The translations under genes were made by a program, and so were the position numbers. 47,023 nt of DNA from a virus. Lineage: Duplodnaviria; Caudoviricetes. The DNA is taken from IMG/VR virus record IMGVR_UViG_3300037515_000068, positions 1-47,023 of that record. The stretch is one strand, 5' to 3'. The notes under the pieces were generated by a model. That model did no database searches, was not told the DNA's origin, and saw only the letters and a list, made by a program, of their open reading frames with translations. This document shows, in pieces, positions 29,935-38,168 of this stretch (within the stretch, counting starts at the first letter, position 1; each line of letters begins with the position of its first letter).

Positions 29935-30002
29935 GCATAACCGTCGCTTCGAGAGGGACTGGACGAAAAGCGCCGTCCAGCCCCTCAAGCTAATCGTTGT
30001 GC
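29935..30002 (+). repeat. attC site
   Basis: GCATAAC-CGTCG-CTTCGAGAGGGACTGGACG..CGTCCAGCCCCTCAAG-CTAATC-GTTGTGC imperfect hairpin with extrahelical bases. Confidence 0.85.
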
Positions 30003-30268
30003 CACACGTCGATGGCGAAGACCTCAACCGGGTCTTTCCCAAAGTGCGGGTGTGTTATCACCTTCACCGTGTATCCCTTCCACGGCAGCACAAGCCGGCG
30101 CGTGGTGTCGTCTCGCCTCGGGTATCCGTATTTCAGTACAACCGAGTCGTATTTCTTCCCGATCAACTTCTTGCGCCAGTAGTCATTCACAAGCCGGTAT
30201 TCCTCGGGTTTGGTGCCCGCCTTGATCTGGTCGAAATACTCGCCCTTCAAATTCAAAACCAAGTCCAT
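29990..30268 (-). CDS. ASCH/PUA-like domain protein in cassette 2
   Basis: LNLKGEYFDQIKAGTKPEEYR..YW..YGYP; stop lies inside the attC. Confidence 0.8.
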   Translation of the reverse strand: MDLVLNLKGEYFDQIKAGTKPEEYRLVNDYWRKKLIGKKYDSVVLKYGYPRRDDTTRRLVLPWKGYTVKVITHPHFGKDPVEVFAIDVWHND

Positions 30269-30289
30269 TTCTCTCTCCGTTTGGCAGGG

Positions 30290-30353
30290 GCACAACACAT
30301 CATCCGAGCGGGACCGCGCAAAAGCGCGCGGCCCCTCAATTCAGCCGTTAGGC
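30290..30353 (+). repeat. attC site
   Basis: GCACAAC..ATCCGAGCGGGACCGCGC-AAAA-GCGCGCGGCCCCTCAAT..GTTAGGC. Confidence 0.85.
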
Positions 30354-30521
30354 ACTCTTTCGTTTGTACTGCGAAACGTGGGCATTTTTGCAATTGATGC
30401 AAAAATTAAGTGTGGAAGTACCGCATGACCACGCAACATAATCATTATGCCTGTCGCAATCCGTTTTCTTGCACTCCTTACCCGTTCTTGGTTTCGGGTA
30501 AAACTTGTCATAGTTTTCCAT
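30348..30521 (-). CDS. 57-aa Cys-rich protein in cassette 3
   Basis: MENYDKFYPKPRTGKECKKTDC...FCINCKNAH..KSA*; GGAG RBS; TAA lies within the attC core. Confidence 0.6.
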   Translation of the reverse strand: MENYDKFYPKPRTGKECKKTDCDRHNDYVAWSCGTSTLNFCINCKNAHVSQYKRKSA

Positions 30522-30537
30522 GTTTTCTCCAGTGCGG

Positions 30538-30601
30538 GCCTAACCCGTCAATCCAGCGGGACAGGCCAAAAGCGGCCTGCCCCTGATTTCATGCGTTAGA
30601 G
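30538..30601 (+). repeat. attC site
   Basis: GCCTAAC-CCGTC-AATCCAGCGGGACAGGCC..GGCCTGCCCCTGATT-TCATGC-GTTAGAG, aadA-type layout. Confidence 0.9.
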
Positions 30602-30607
30602 GTTCTT

Positions 30608-30829
30608 ATGTCAAAGTTCATATCTAATCTCCTTTACTCGTTGAAAAGCGAAAATGCCAAGCGCCGAGAAATGGAGAAAGCATTCGCCTCTGTTGACGCA
30701 TCGTCTCAAGACGATCCGAATCAATTTACACAAAACGATTGGCATAATCGGCCACTTGGCGTTATTGCTCTTGGCATTATTGCCTCTTTGTTGGCTTGGG
30801 CTGTTTTGCATCATTACGGCCTCGCCTAG
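30608..30829 (+). CDS. Small membrane protein in cassette 4 (canonical cassette orientation)
   Basis: ATG just after the core site, with GAGG RBS overlapping it; C-terminal TM helix. Confidence 0.6.
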   Translation: MSKFISNLLYSLKSENAKRREMEKAFASVDASSQDDPNQFTQNDWHNRPLGVIALGIIASLLAWAVLHHYGLA

Positions 30830-30893
30830 TGCAAAGGTATGCAACTACCGTAGCTCCGATAAACATTGAAAACCATAGCCCCATGTCACAGAC

Positions 30894-30953
30894 CTCTAAC
30901 CCGTCAATCAACCCGGACTCGCCTTCGGCGAGCCGGTTATTTCTGCGTTGGCC
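30894..30953 (+). repeat. attC site
   Basis: CTCTAAC-CCGTC-AATCAACCCGGACTCGCC-TTC-GGCGAGCCGGTTATT-TCTGC-GTTGGCC. Confidence 0.9.
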
Positions 30954-31423
30954 GTCACAGGTTCCCATGCGCTACGCTCCACCGGCTCAACCCACAGTCG
31001 CAGTTTCTGCGAGTGCTTGCCGCACCACAGGCATTCGCGGTGTTCGCCATTCGTCCGCCAGCGCGCGTCGTCGCCGACGAAGTGCATCTTGTGCGCCGGG
31101 TCAATGGCGCAGCGCCCTACGGCGGTGTAGCGTGGCCAAAAGTCCGCAATCTCTACCAGCGGACCGAGCCCGACCCAGCAGGCATGCTCTGCCTTCGTTC
31201 CATTGCACAGCACCTGCATCAGCCGCGCTCCGAAAAGGTCTCCGTTGTCCAGCATCCCAATCCACAGCGCGCCGGCCCTGTCAGAAAAAACCCGGCTCGT
31301 CCAAGCGTGGTGCTTCCGGCTGCGCATCGTCAGCCACTTGTGCAGGTTCGGGCTGTACTTCGCGCTCTTGCTTGGGTGTATCGCGGCCACGTCAAGGCCG
31401 TTCGCTTCTACTGCCAGTGTCAT
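30908..31423 (-). CDS. Hypothetical Cys/His/Trp-rich protein in cassette 5
   Basis: GGAG RBS; CAIDPAH..ECLWCG; reads through into the attC. Confidence 0.7.
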   Translation of the reverse strand: MTLAVEANGLDVAAIHPSKSAKYSPNLHKWLTMRSRKHHAWTSRVFSDRAGALWIGMLDNGDLFGARLMQVLCNGTKAEHACWVGLGPLVEIADFWPRYTAVGRCAIDPAHKMHFVGDDARWRTNGEHRECLWCGKHSQKLRLWVEPVERSAWEPVTANAEITGSPKASPG

Positions 31424-31445
31424 TTGTCGTCTCCAGTAAAGTGCC

Positions 31446-31516
31446 GGCCAACAACCGCATCGAGCGGGACCGTGCGCGATGAGGCCGCGCCCGGCCCCTC
31501 ATGCGGAGCGTTATTC
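31446..31516 (+). repeat. attC site
   Basis: GGCCAAC-AACC-GCATCGAGCGGGACCG..CGGCCCCTCATGC-GGAGC-GTTATTC. Confidence 0.85.
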
Positions 31517-31566
31517 GCTTTGTTCTTCTGCACAAATCTTCCTGCTAACAAGTCGTTTGTGCGTGA

Positions 31567-31776
31567 CTAACTACGCTCTCCTACAATCTTCCTCGCCGCA
31601 GACATCACATCCCGCTTGCTGATCGCCTGACGTAACGCCTCCAACTTGTTGCGCGCTATCTCTTGCGCATGAAGACATTCAAGCGTGGATTTGTCCGCTG
31701 CATCGTCGAGTTCGTCCTGGTACTCGGCAAGCTGGCACATCAGGCGAGCTTTGTCTGTGATGTTTATGTCCGGCAT
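31567..31776 (-). CDS. Hypothetical protein
   Basis: ORF with GGAG RBS in the leftward operon. Confidence 0.5.
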   Translation of the reverse strand: MPDINITDKARLMCQLAEYQDELDDAADKSTLECLHAQEIARNKLEALRQAISKRDVMSAARKIVGERS

Positions 31777-31873
31777 TTCATTCTCCGCTGTTGTTGGTGA
31801 TGGGTGAACTATGCCAGCGTTTTACCGGCCATGCCATCCCCCGAAGGTGTGGGTATCATGCAACACTTTAGTG

Positions 31874-32038
31874 TTACTTCGCAAGCGAATCAGCGAACCA
31901 GTCGAGCATTATTCGGAGCTGCACATCCATAAGTTCGACCGCACGATGTGCGCCGTCGTAGTCGCCTTTCATGGCGGCATCCTCAGCCACTTTCAGCAGG
32001 CGTTTGGCTTCCAGCATGGCTTCTATGTAGTCTGTCAT
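31874..32038 (-). CDS. Small hypothetical protein (MTDYIEAMLE...)
   Basis: TAATG-coupled to the ssb stop. Confidence 0.5.
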   Translation of the reverse strand: MTDYIEAMLEAKRLLKVAEDAAMKGDYDGAHRAVELMDVQLRIMLDWFADSLAK

Positions 32039-32517
32039 TACATCGCCCTCCAGCACACCCCAGCACCACGATGCCCGTTCCGCATGAAGGGGATGTCGGA
32101 GTCAAAGTCGTCAAACGATCCGCTGCCTGACTTCGGCATATCGGCGCGAGGCGCTGGAGCTTGCCGAACTGGTTTGTTTTCGCTGGCCTGTTGTTCGCCT
32201 TGCGCCTTGCCGCCCAGCAGTGCCAGTTCTGTCACCCGAACGTCCAGCGATACGCCTTTCCCTCCGTCTTTTTGGTCGTAGCTGCGCAAGGTCACTTCGC
32301 CGCTGATGCCGACAAGCTGCCCCTTCCCTAGGTACGGCAGCACGGATTCGCCGCGCTTGCCGAACATGGCACAGTTTGCCCACGTCGTTTTTTCTTTGTC
32401 GCCGTAGCCGGATTTGACGGCAACTGAGAACGACACGACGCTATCGCCGCCAGTGGTGAATCGTTGCTCGGCATCTTTACCGAGGTTGCCGGTGAATGTC
32501 CAGTTGTTGAGTCCCAT
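32038..32517 (-). CDS. ssb: Single-stranded DNA-binding protein
   Basis: GNLGKDAEQR, FSVAV, KGQLVGISG, DDFDSDIPF acidic motif. Confidence 0.93.
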   Translation of the reverse strand: MGLNNWTFTGNLGKDAEQRFTTGGDSVVSFSVAVKSGYGDKEKTTWANCAMFGKRGESVLPYLGKGQLVGISGEVTLRSYDQKDGGKGVSLDVRVTELALLGGKAQGEQQASENKPVRQAPAPRADMPKSGSGSFDDFDSDIPFMRNGHRGAGVCWRAM

Positions 32518-32526
32518 TATTTTTCC

Positions 32527-33171
32527 TTATGATGCGAAGGTGATGCGGTTATAAATCTGTCGAGTCCTGCGAACGTCGTCCTTGCAGTAGTCGATTACCT
32601 TTTGCGGATCAACCGGCCATGTTTCGGCGACCATCGATCCGTCAAAGTCGCCCTTGCCCTCAATGCCGAATGCTTTGCAAAGCCTGTCCATGCTTCCGCG
32701 CTTGTGCGGGTCACTACTCCACATCAGCATCGTATCGGCAATGCAATCATCCCAAGGCTTCGCGCTCATGGCCTTGCGGATAGACTCGGGCGGCTTGATT
32801 CTGAGGATGATGCTGCGGTGCTTAAGGAACGGAAAATCAAACCCGGCGATGTTGTGTCCGCAATACTTGCCGACGAACGGCAGATAGTCGTAGAAGCGCT
32901 GGATTGCATCGCCTTCGCTATCAGTCGGCAGAGTGGCGAAAGTCTCTCCATCGTCTTCCTGCCACGCTATGCAGGCGATGCGCCCATACATTCCATCGAA
33001 CGAAGTCTTCGCAACCAGTTCGGCGAGCGCGGATTCAGCGTTTTCTTCCATCCATGCCGCGCAAGTCTCTGGCTTCTTGTGCGTAGCTGGCGGCTTGATC
33101 GTGGCGCGCAACTGCTCGATAATTTCAGGGTCTTGCGTGGGCAGAGTTTCCGAATCAAAAGTCAAAATCAT
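32527..33171 (-). CDS. PolB-like 3'-5' exonuclease (DEDD)
   Basis: FDSET, GHNIAGFDFPFL, YCKDDV. Confidence 0.88.
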   Translation of the reverse strand: MILTFDSETLPTQDPEIIEQLRATIKPPATHKKPETCAAWMEENAESALAELVAKTSFDGMYGRIACIAWQEDDGETFATLPTDSEGDAIQRFYDYLPFVGKYCGHNIAGFDFPFLKHRSIILRIKPPESIRKAMSAKPWDDCIADTMLMWSSDPHKRGSMDRLCKAFGIEGKGDFDGSMVAETWPVDPQKVIDYCKDDVRRTRQIYNRITFAS

Positions 33172-34055
33172 GATGCCGCTCCTTCGTCGATAATCTGTTG
33201 CAGGGTTTCTTTGCGCGCATCTTTTGCGGCGGTGAACTTGGATAGCGCCGCAGTGTCGCCGATAGCCTTTGCGGCCTTGTGCGCGGAGATGTATGCAGAT
33301 TTCAGCGCGTCCTCTGTTTGTGCGTCGGTGATCGTCAGCAACAAATCGGCTACAGACGATTCGGAAAGCGCAGGCGTTACACCAGAGTCGAGCCAGTTCA
33401 GCAGCGTCTCGCCGGTCTTTTGCTCGATTTTGAAAAACTGCCCATCGAACAAGCTGGTTCTGTCCTTGCTGGCGCTGGCGATGTGGTTCATATCCACGTC
33501 CAGCATCACAGTAAACTCGTACTCCATGCCTTCACGTTGAACAGGGGCCATGCCGACCTTCTTCGGTGTTTGCTTGCCCTTCTCGTTTGTCTCAAGCACG
33601 TATTCCTGCTTGCTTCGCATCGTCGCGATAATGTGGCAAGGAGATTGCAGCATGGATTCAACCAGCGCGTTATGCTCTGGCGTGATCGTGCGCCATGCAG
33701 CAAAGCTGTTCGTTCCACGGTCGGCGAGTTTGCCTTGCTTGTCCAGCAAGCCGCCATCACCGGCCCATGCATGGCTCAGGCTGTCGATGATGATCGTGTC
33801 GTAGCCAGCAGATTCAAACGCCTTGATTGCCTCGCGGTATTTGCTGACAGAATACGGCGCTTCGATACCGATAATGTCGTACTCACCCAAGTGCGCGTAC
33901 AAGTCACCGGAGCCGTGCTCAGTGTCAATCAGGCCGACCTTACCGCCCATACCGAACGCCATCAAAAGGGCGCTGTATGTTTTTCCGCCGCCGCTTGGTG
34001 CGGAGATTCCGAGCCTGAGCTTTGCTTTTTTTCGTTCTGCGCGCCTGATTTCCAT
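33168..34055 (-). CDS. Sak4-like AAA ATPase recombinase
   Basis: APSGGGKTYSAL, IDTEHGS, IIDSLSHAW, QREGMEYEF; adjacent to ssb and the exonuclease. Confidence 0.85.
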   Translation of the reverse strand: MEIRRAERKKAKLRLGISAPSGGGKTYSALLMAFGMGGKVGLIDTEHGSGDLYAHLGEYDIIGIEAPYSVSKYREAIKAFESAGYDTIIIDSLSHAWAGDGGLLDKQGKLADRGTNSFAAWRTITPEHNALVESMLQSPCHIIATMRSKQEYVLETNEKGKQTPKKVGMAPVQREGMEYEFTVMLDVDMNHIASASKDRTSLFDGQFFKIEQKTGETLLNWLDSGVTPALSESSVADLLLTITDAQTEDALKSAYISAHKAAKAIGDTAALSKFTAAKDARKETLQQIIDEGAAS

Positions 34056-34365
34056 GTTGTTTCCCCTTGTGCGTTTAGCCTGTTTAGTGGATGGTGGTAG
34101 TGATAGCAATCGTGCATATCAATCCCGGATTCGTTCTCTTGCTCCTGTTGCTCCTGTTGCGCCTGCCATTCATCTGCCATGCGTCCCATGCTGGCCTCCT
34201 TGTTTACTCAATTTCTCCGCAGCCCGATCGCGCCTGAGTTGTGCCATGCTCCTGATGTGGTGCGATGTCAGCGCGGCGATGTGGCAACGTGCGCGCAGGC
34301 CGTCTTTGATTATCTCGACTTGCGCGGTATCTGCCATGCGGTCGATGTTTGTCAGCCAGTTCATT

Positions 34366-34626
34366 TCAAACCTTCGGTGCGTCTGGTAGTGGCATCCAGT
34401 GGGTCGGATCGGTTGCCCAGCAGTTCGGCATGTCATCGGCTTCGACCGATGTTTCGTACCATCCTTCAAGTCCATCGCAGTCTTCCGGCTCTTCCCATGT
34501 TTCGATGATTGCATCCTGAGAAAACCACTGCCCCCGCATCGTTCGCCAGTTGCCGTGCGAGTTGCGGTAGCCAAGCAAAATCGTGCAGCCTGTTTTCGGC
34601 GCTGTTTCAATCGTCTGCCATTCCAT
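34366..34626 (-). CDS. DUF551-family protein
   Basis: MEWQTIETAPK...PTHWMPLPDAP. Confidence 0.85.
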   Translation of the reverse strand: MEWQTIETAPKTGCTILLGYRNSHGNWRTMRGQWFSQDAIIETWEEPEDCDGLEGWYETSVEADDMPNCWATDPTHWMPLPDAPKV

Positions 34627-34884
34627 TTCAATCTCCTTTATTTTGGGCGCTTTCGAGTAGCGCAAGTATTTTCTTCGCACCTGAGCGCGCGTAAATCTGC
34701 AATCGCAGCGCATGCTTCGCGCTCTCGTTTCACTATGCCGTCCAATCTCTCATCAGGATCTTCGGACAATATAGCGCGCACCCGTGCGATGAATTCTTCC
34801 TTCGTTTCCGCGTCATGCGTCACAATGTCGCGAAGTGCGCAGATAGTCGCGGCGAGAGAGTCGGCGCGGTGCTGGTGCTGGGCA

Positions 34885-35088
34885 TCAGCCGGCATCGTCT
34901 TCATCATCTGCGGCGCATGTAAATTCGTTTGCAATCTCGCGCAACTGGGTAGATGTGAGCTTCCATGACTTAACCTCATCCCAGCGCCCGCAGCATTTGT
35001 TCGGCGTAAGCCTTGTTCCGCTGTGCTCGCTGTTAAGTGAAATCGCAAACATCCCATGCGGGCATTTATCGAGCGATAGCGTTTTCAT
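34885..35088 (-). CDS. Hypothetical protein
   Basis: MKTLSLDKCPHG..KCCGRW; coupled to the upstream gene. Confidence 0.5.
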   Translation of the reverse strand: MKTLSLDKCPHGMFAISLNSEHSGTRLTPNKCCGRWDEVKSWKLTSTQLREIANEFTCAADDEDDAG

Positions 35089-35291
35089 GGCCTCCACCAC
35101 AACACCAGCACCACAATCGCCGCCAACGTGTAAACGATCATGATGAAATGTCCCGAAAAGTTGGTGATGTCCTCGACCTCTTCGTATTCGTTAGCAAGAA
35201 ATACCGGCTCATCGCTCCCGAATGCCTCCTTCGTGGTGCGCGGGAATCGGTGGACAGTGTTTCCGTATTCGGCGTAGAGGTTGTCGGTCAT
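35085..35291 (-). CDS. Small membrane protein
   Basis: HRFPRTTKEAFG motif and C-terminal TM. Confidence 0.6.
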   Translation of the reverse strand: MTDNLYAEYGNTVHRFPRTTKEAFGSDEPVFLANEYEEVEDITNFSGHFIMIVYTLAAIVVLVLWWRP

Positions 35292-35689
35292 TTTGCGGAC
35301 TCGGCTTTCTCGATTGCAATGCGAAGTTTTTCCAATGCGGCGCGGCTACCATCGTTATCGCTCAGGCGCCCAAGCGTTGGAAGAGAGCCGACAACAAATG
35401 ATCTAACTTCAATAGCAGCATCCATCAGCTCGTCGCGCTGCTTCCTGATGATGTCGTATGCGTGGATAAACTTCCCGCCGCGAGCGGCTGATTCGAGTTC
35501 GCTGGTCGGTATTCCGGCGCAGGCATCCAAGCAAGCCTTAACTCGGCGTGCGCCTTCTTCTCGACTAATAGATAGTCTGCGTCCTTCCCACATCATAACG
35601 ACGATTTCATCGGCATTAACGCCATCATGATTCAGCCGATAAACCAGCGAATCGACTATTTTCAGCGGCTGTTTTTCTGCGTCGTTCAT
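35288..35689 (-). CDS. Hypothetical phage protein
   Basis: ARRVKACLDACAGIPTSELE..QRDEL..AIEKAE. Confidence 0.65.
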   Translation of the reverse strand: MNDAEKQPLKIVDSLVYRLNHDGVNADEIVVMMWEGRRLSISREEGARRVKACLDACAGIPTSELESAARGGKFIHAYDIIRKQRDELMDAAIEVRSFVVGSLPTLGRLSDNDGSRAALEKLRIAIEKAESAK

Positions 35690-35892
35690 GGTGTCACCTC
35701 CATTTGTTTGCGCGCCACGAATTCAGACTCCAGCCGCTCCAATTCTGCGATGCGCTCTTCCTCGGTTTGCTGGTTGCCGAACATGCGCGCCATCGCACCA
35801 TCAACCGCGTCCATCATCGGATTGGCTTGCGCCAGAAACTCCGGCAGGCCCATCGCCTGAGTGCCTGCGCAGAGTGATTTGATTTCGCTCAT
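35686..35892 (-). CDS. Hypothetical protein (MSEIKSL...)
   Basis: Coupled at both ends. Confidence 0.5.
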   Translation of the reverse strand: MSEIKSLCAGTQAMGLPEFLAQANPMMDAVDGAMARMFGNQQTEEERIAELERLESEFVARKQMEVTP

Positions 35893-36236
35893 TACGAAAA
35901 CTCCCCAGTTATGTAATCCCACGATCCTTGGCCATGCCCTATGCAATGCCATCCATCAATTTCATGGCGCATCGGAAGCTCGCCATGCCACATCCGCTCG
36001 GCTATCTTTTTCTCCATATCGCCAATGGAAATCTTCTCGCCGTACTCATCACGAATAAAGGATCCGGGCGCACTCCAAAGGCCGCGCCAATCGTCCAGCG
36101 TGTTGATATTGTCTTCTGGCATTACATGCAACGCGAAACACCATCCGCCAGAGCTTTTTCCTATGTGTAAAGCATTGAACGGCCTGCCGCAGCATTCGCA
36201 ATCGGTCTTTTGGTGCAGATAATAATTAGTTCCCAT
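35892..36236 (-). CDS. Conserved phage protein
   Basis: MGTNYY..CECCGR..LHIGKSSGGWCF..IRDEYG..GEFS. Confidence 0.7.
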   Translation of the reverse strand: MGTNYYLHQKTDCECCGRPFNALHIGKSSGGWCFALHVMPEDNINTLDDWRGLWSAPGSFIRDEYGEKISIGDMEKKIAERMWHGELPMRHEIDGWHCIGHGQGSWDYITGEFS

Positions 36237-36370
36237 GATTACCCTTAGTTAATTAGGCTGCTGTTAAAGCCGCAGCTCGCATCCTGAGTCCCCGGTATCC
36301 GCGCCCGTAGTCGTTTTCCCTGTTTAACTCAGCCTCTGTTTAATGCCCAGCGGTTCGAGGCGTTTCTTTA

Positions 36371-36496
36371 TTAGCCGTTGCCGTAGCCGTCGCCGTAGCC
36401 GTCGCCGTAGCCGTCGCCGTAGCCGTAGCCGTAGCCGTCGCCGTAGCCGTAGCCGTAGCCGTCGCCGTCGCCGTCAAGCGTTAGAGTAGTTTCCAT
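36371..36496 (-). CDS. 41-aa Gly-Asp/Tyr repeat peptide
   Basis: METTLTLDGDGDGYGYGYGDG...NG*; overlaps the end of the upstream gene. Confidence 0.65.
   Translation of the reverse strand: METTLTLDGDGDGYGYGYGDGYGYGYGDGYGDGYGDGYGNG
36374..36475. repeat. Hexamer tandem repeat GCCGT(A/C/T) x17
   Basis: Direct reading of the sequence. Confidence 0.95.
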
Positions 36497-36801
36497 TTCG
36501 CTTGCTCCACGTCGATGATGGAGATTACTGCACGATTTGGGATGCGTAGTGACCCAACCTTATCGAGCTTTGTTCCTGACAATGGGCCTCCGACTAATTC
36601 ACCGATCCCCTTTGTAGTTCCCCACACGCGGATATTGCTGGAATTTTTCAGCTTAACAAAATCATCCGTTTCTTCGACATTGCCGATATAAACGAATCCG
36701 CGATCAGCTATGACAATCTTTATATCGCCATCGCACTTTTCCACCGAATCAGCGCGGATATATTTCACATCGTCAATCGTTATGGTTTCAGGCTTGCTCA
36801 T
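36481..36801 (-). CDS. DUF6948-like (Sm-like) phage protein
   Basis: MSKPETITIDDVKYIRAD..IVIADRGFVYIG..IRVWGTTKGIGEL. Confidence 0.7.
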   Translation of the reverse strand: MSKPETITIDDVKYIRADSVEKCDGDIKIVIADRGFVYIGNVEETDDFVKLKNSSNIRVWGTTKGIGELVGGPLSGTKLDKVGSLRIPNRAVISIIDVEQAKWKLL

Positions 36802-37001
36802 GTCTATCTCCAAATGGTTAATAAGTGCCGTCCAAGGCTGGAAAGGAATCTGTCGCACATCCTTCGGTCGGGCGGTTTGGTTCGGGTGGCCGCCATCCTT
36901 TATTTTGTTATCGCAGTGCCTTTTCTCCTGCGCTCCTTCAACCTTCTTAGGGCTATCGCTCCAGTCTCCGAGCTCATAACAAAACATTCCGTATTGCTCA
37001 A

Positions 37002-37191
37002 TCGTCAGTAGTCAGGTGGCCGGTGCTAATCTCCGGCGATGGCATTTAACTACTGGTGGCGCTTATGCCTTCCGGCTATTCGCTTATTAGCCATAGCCCT
37101 CCCATACTGGGGCAGACCCCGCCCCGCCCGAAGAGTATCCATCTTGAAGCCTCAGCACATTAGCTATGCGCATTCACCTGATTACTGACGA
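37002..37191 (-). ncRNA. Candidate structured RNA with loop-loop pairing
   Basis: 17-bp closing stem (37002-37018 / 37175-37191); two hairpins whose loops GCTAAT and ATTAGC are complementary. Confidence 0.45.
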
Positions 37192-37610
37192 CTGCTTGTT
37201 AGGTGCTGGCGAAAGACAAAGATTTATGCACCACACAATCGCTACTTACGCACAATCGCCAGCAATACTGCAACAACAACAACTAGCTAAATTACTCTTG
37301 CTGCCTTGTAATGGATAGTAGATGGCGTGTTGCTTAACTCAATGTATGCGCCGATCTCGAATCCGGCTTCCCGCCCATGCGACATACAACCGTGCTGAGT
37401 AGCACTCACAACACGCCAACTGCTATCCACTACATTTGCTCGCTACCGTTGCGCCCTTACCGTAGTTACGACGCTGCACTATGACCGCGATTCAGACTAA
37501 CGCTACTTGCCGGTACTTTAGGGATCTAAGAGCGCTCTGCGATTCCATACTCAATCCGTCGTTCGCTGCTGCTGGCCTGCCGGTTCGGCACTACACCGCC
37601 GATGTGAAGC

Positions 37611-37689
37611 ATCATGCCATAACGTATGGCAAAGCACAAGAGGAAATTGCAACTTGTTGAAACCTGCAATATATGGCATCATACCAGCC
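37611..37689. promoter_or_regulatory. Divergent promoter pair and palindromic operator
   Basis: Minus TTGTGC-17-CATGAT and plus TTGTTG-17-CATCAT, both with extended TG; palindrome TGCCATA-ACG-TATGGCA at 37615-37631. Confidence 0.5.
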
Positions 37690-37881
37690 ATGAATAAACG
37701 CAAACTAATCGAATATCTGGGCGGCACTTGCGAGAAGGCCGCGCATAGATTGGGCTACGCATCAGATAATGCGCGCAACAACATCCAGCGCCTGAGCGAC
37801 CCGCTGACCGATCGCCAGGTGCAGACGATCATCATGCGCATGAAGGCCAAGCGGATCAAGATTCCCGAGTCGTTGCTATGA
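37690..37881 (+). CDS. Cro-like regulator (possibly leaderless)
   Basis: MNKRKLIEYLGGTCEKAAHRLGY..LSDPLTDRQ; first gene of the rightward arm. Confidence 0.65.
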   Translation: MNKRKLIEYLGGTCEKAAHRLGYASDNARNNIQRLSDPLTDRQVQTIIMRMKAKRIKIPESLL

Positions 37882-38168
37882 CACAGCAAATAGAAAGACT
37901 CAGGCGGTACAATCGATGGAGGCGCGGCGATAAGCGCCTGAAACAGCCAGACCCAAAGGCGCTTGGCGAACTTATAGACGGCGTTGCGGACAGGATGGAA
38001 GTGCTAGAACGAGAGCGCGCGGAGTTTTTTGAGCGGTGGCACAATGAACGGCGTAAGCGCGAAGCATTGTCCGTAGATGTTGCCCGATGCTTACGGATTA
38101 TGCTATCTGAGCCGCTTAGGGCAGAAAGAATTTTACGTGAAGCATTGACCCTGAGCAATCAGGGCTAA
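37878..38168 (+). CDS. Hypothetical protein
   Basis: LRRYNRWRRG..PKALGELID motif common in phages. Confidence 0.6.
   Translation: MTQQIERLRRYNRWRRGDKRLKQPDPKALGELIDGVADRMEVLERERAEFFERWHNERRKREALSVDVARCLRIMLSEPLRAERILREALTLSNQG

Larger units (their letters stand above)
29637..31516 (+). mobile_element. Integron-type gene cassette array 1 (five cassettes, no integrase)
   Basis: Cassette ends are complementary: GTTATGC29637/GCATAAC29935, GTTGTGC29996/GCACAAC30290, GTTAGGC30347/GCCTAAC30538, GTTAGAG30595/CTCTAAC30894, GTTGGCC30947/GGCCAAC31446. Confidence 0.85.

Noticed and set aside
29935-31516. Hairpins as plain intrinsic terminators or REP elements
   Set aside because: No U tracts, sequences are diverse, and cassette-specific complementary end heptamers fit attC much better
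30796-31570. Long + strand ORFs (228 and 234 aa)
   Set aside because: They cross attC sites, have shadow-like composition and overlap a better minus-strand gene with an RBS
32602-34389. Long + strand ORFs opposite the exonuclease and ATPase
   Set aside because: Antisense shadows of well-supported genes
36374-36475. CRISPR-like array
   Set aside because: Contiguous hexamers with no spacers; explained by a coding Gly repeat
36240-37610. Canonical tRNA genes
   Set aside because: No cloverleaf with a proper GTTCRA T-loop and 7-bp acceptor stem found by eye
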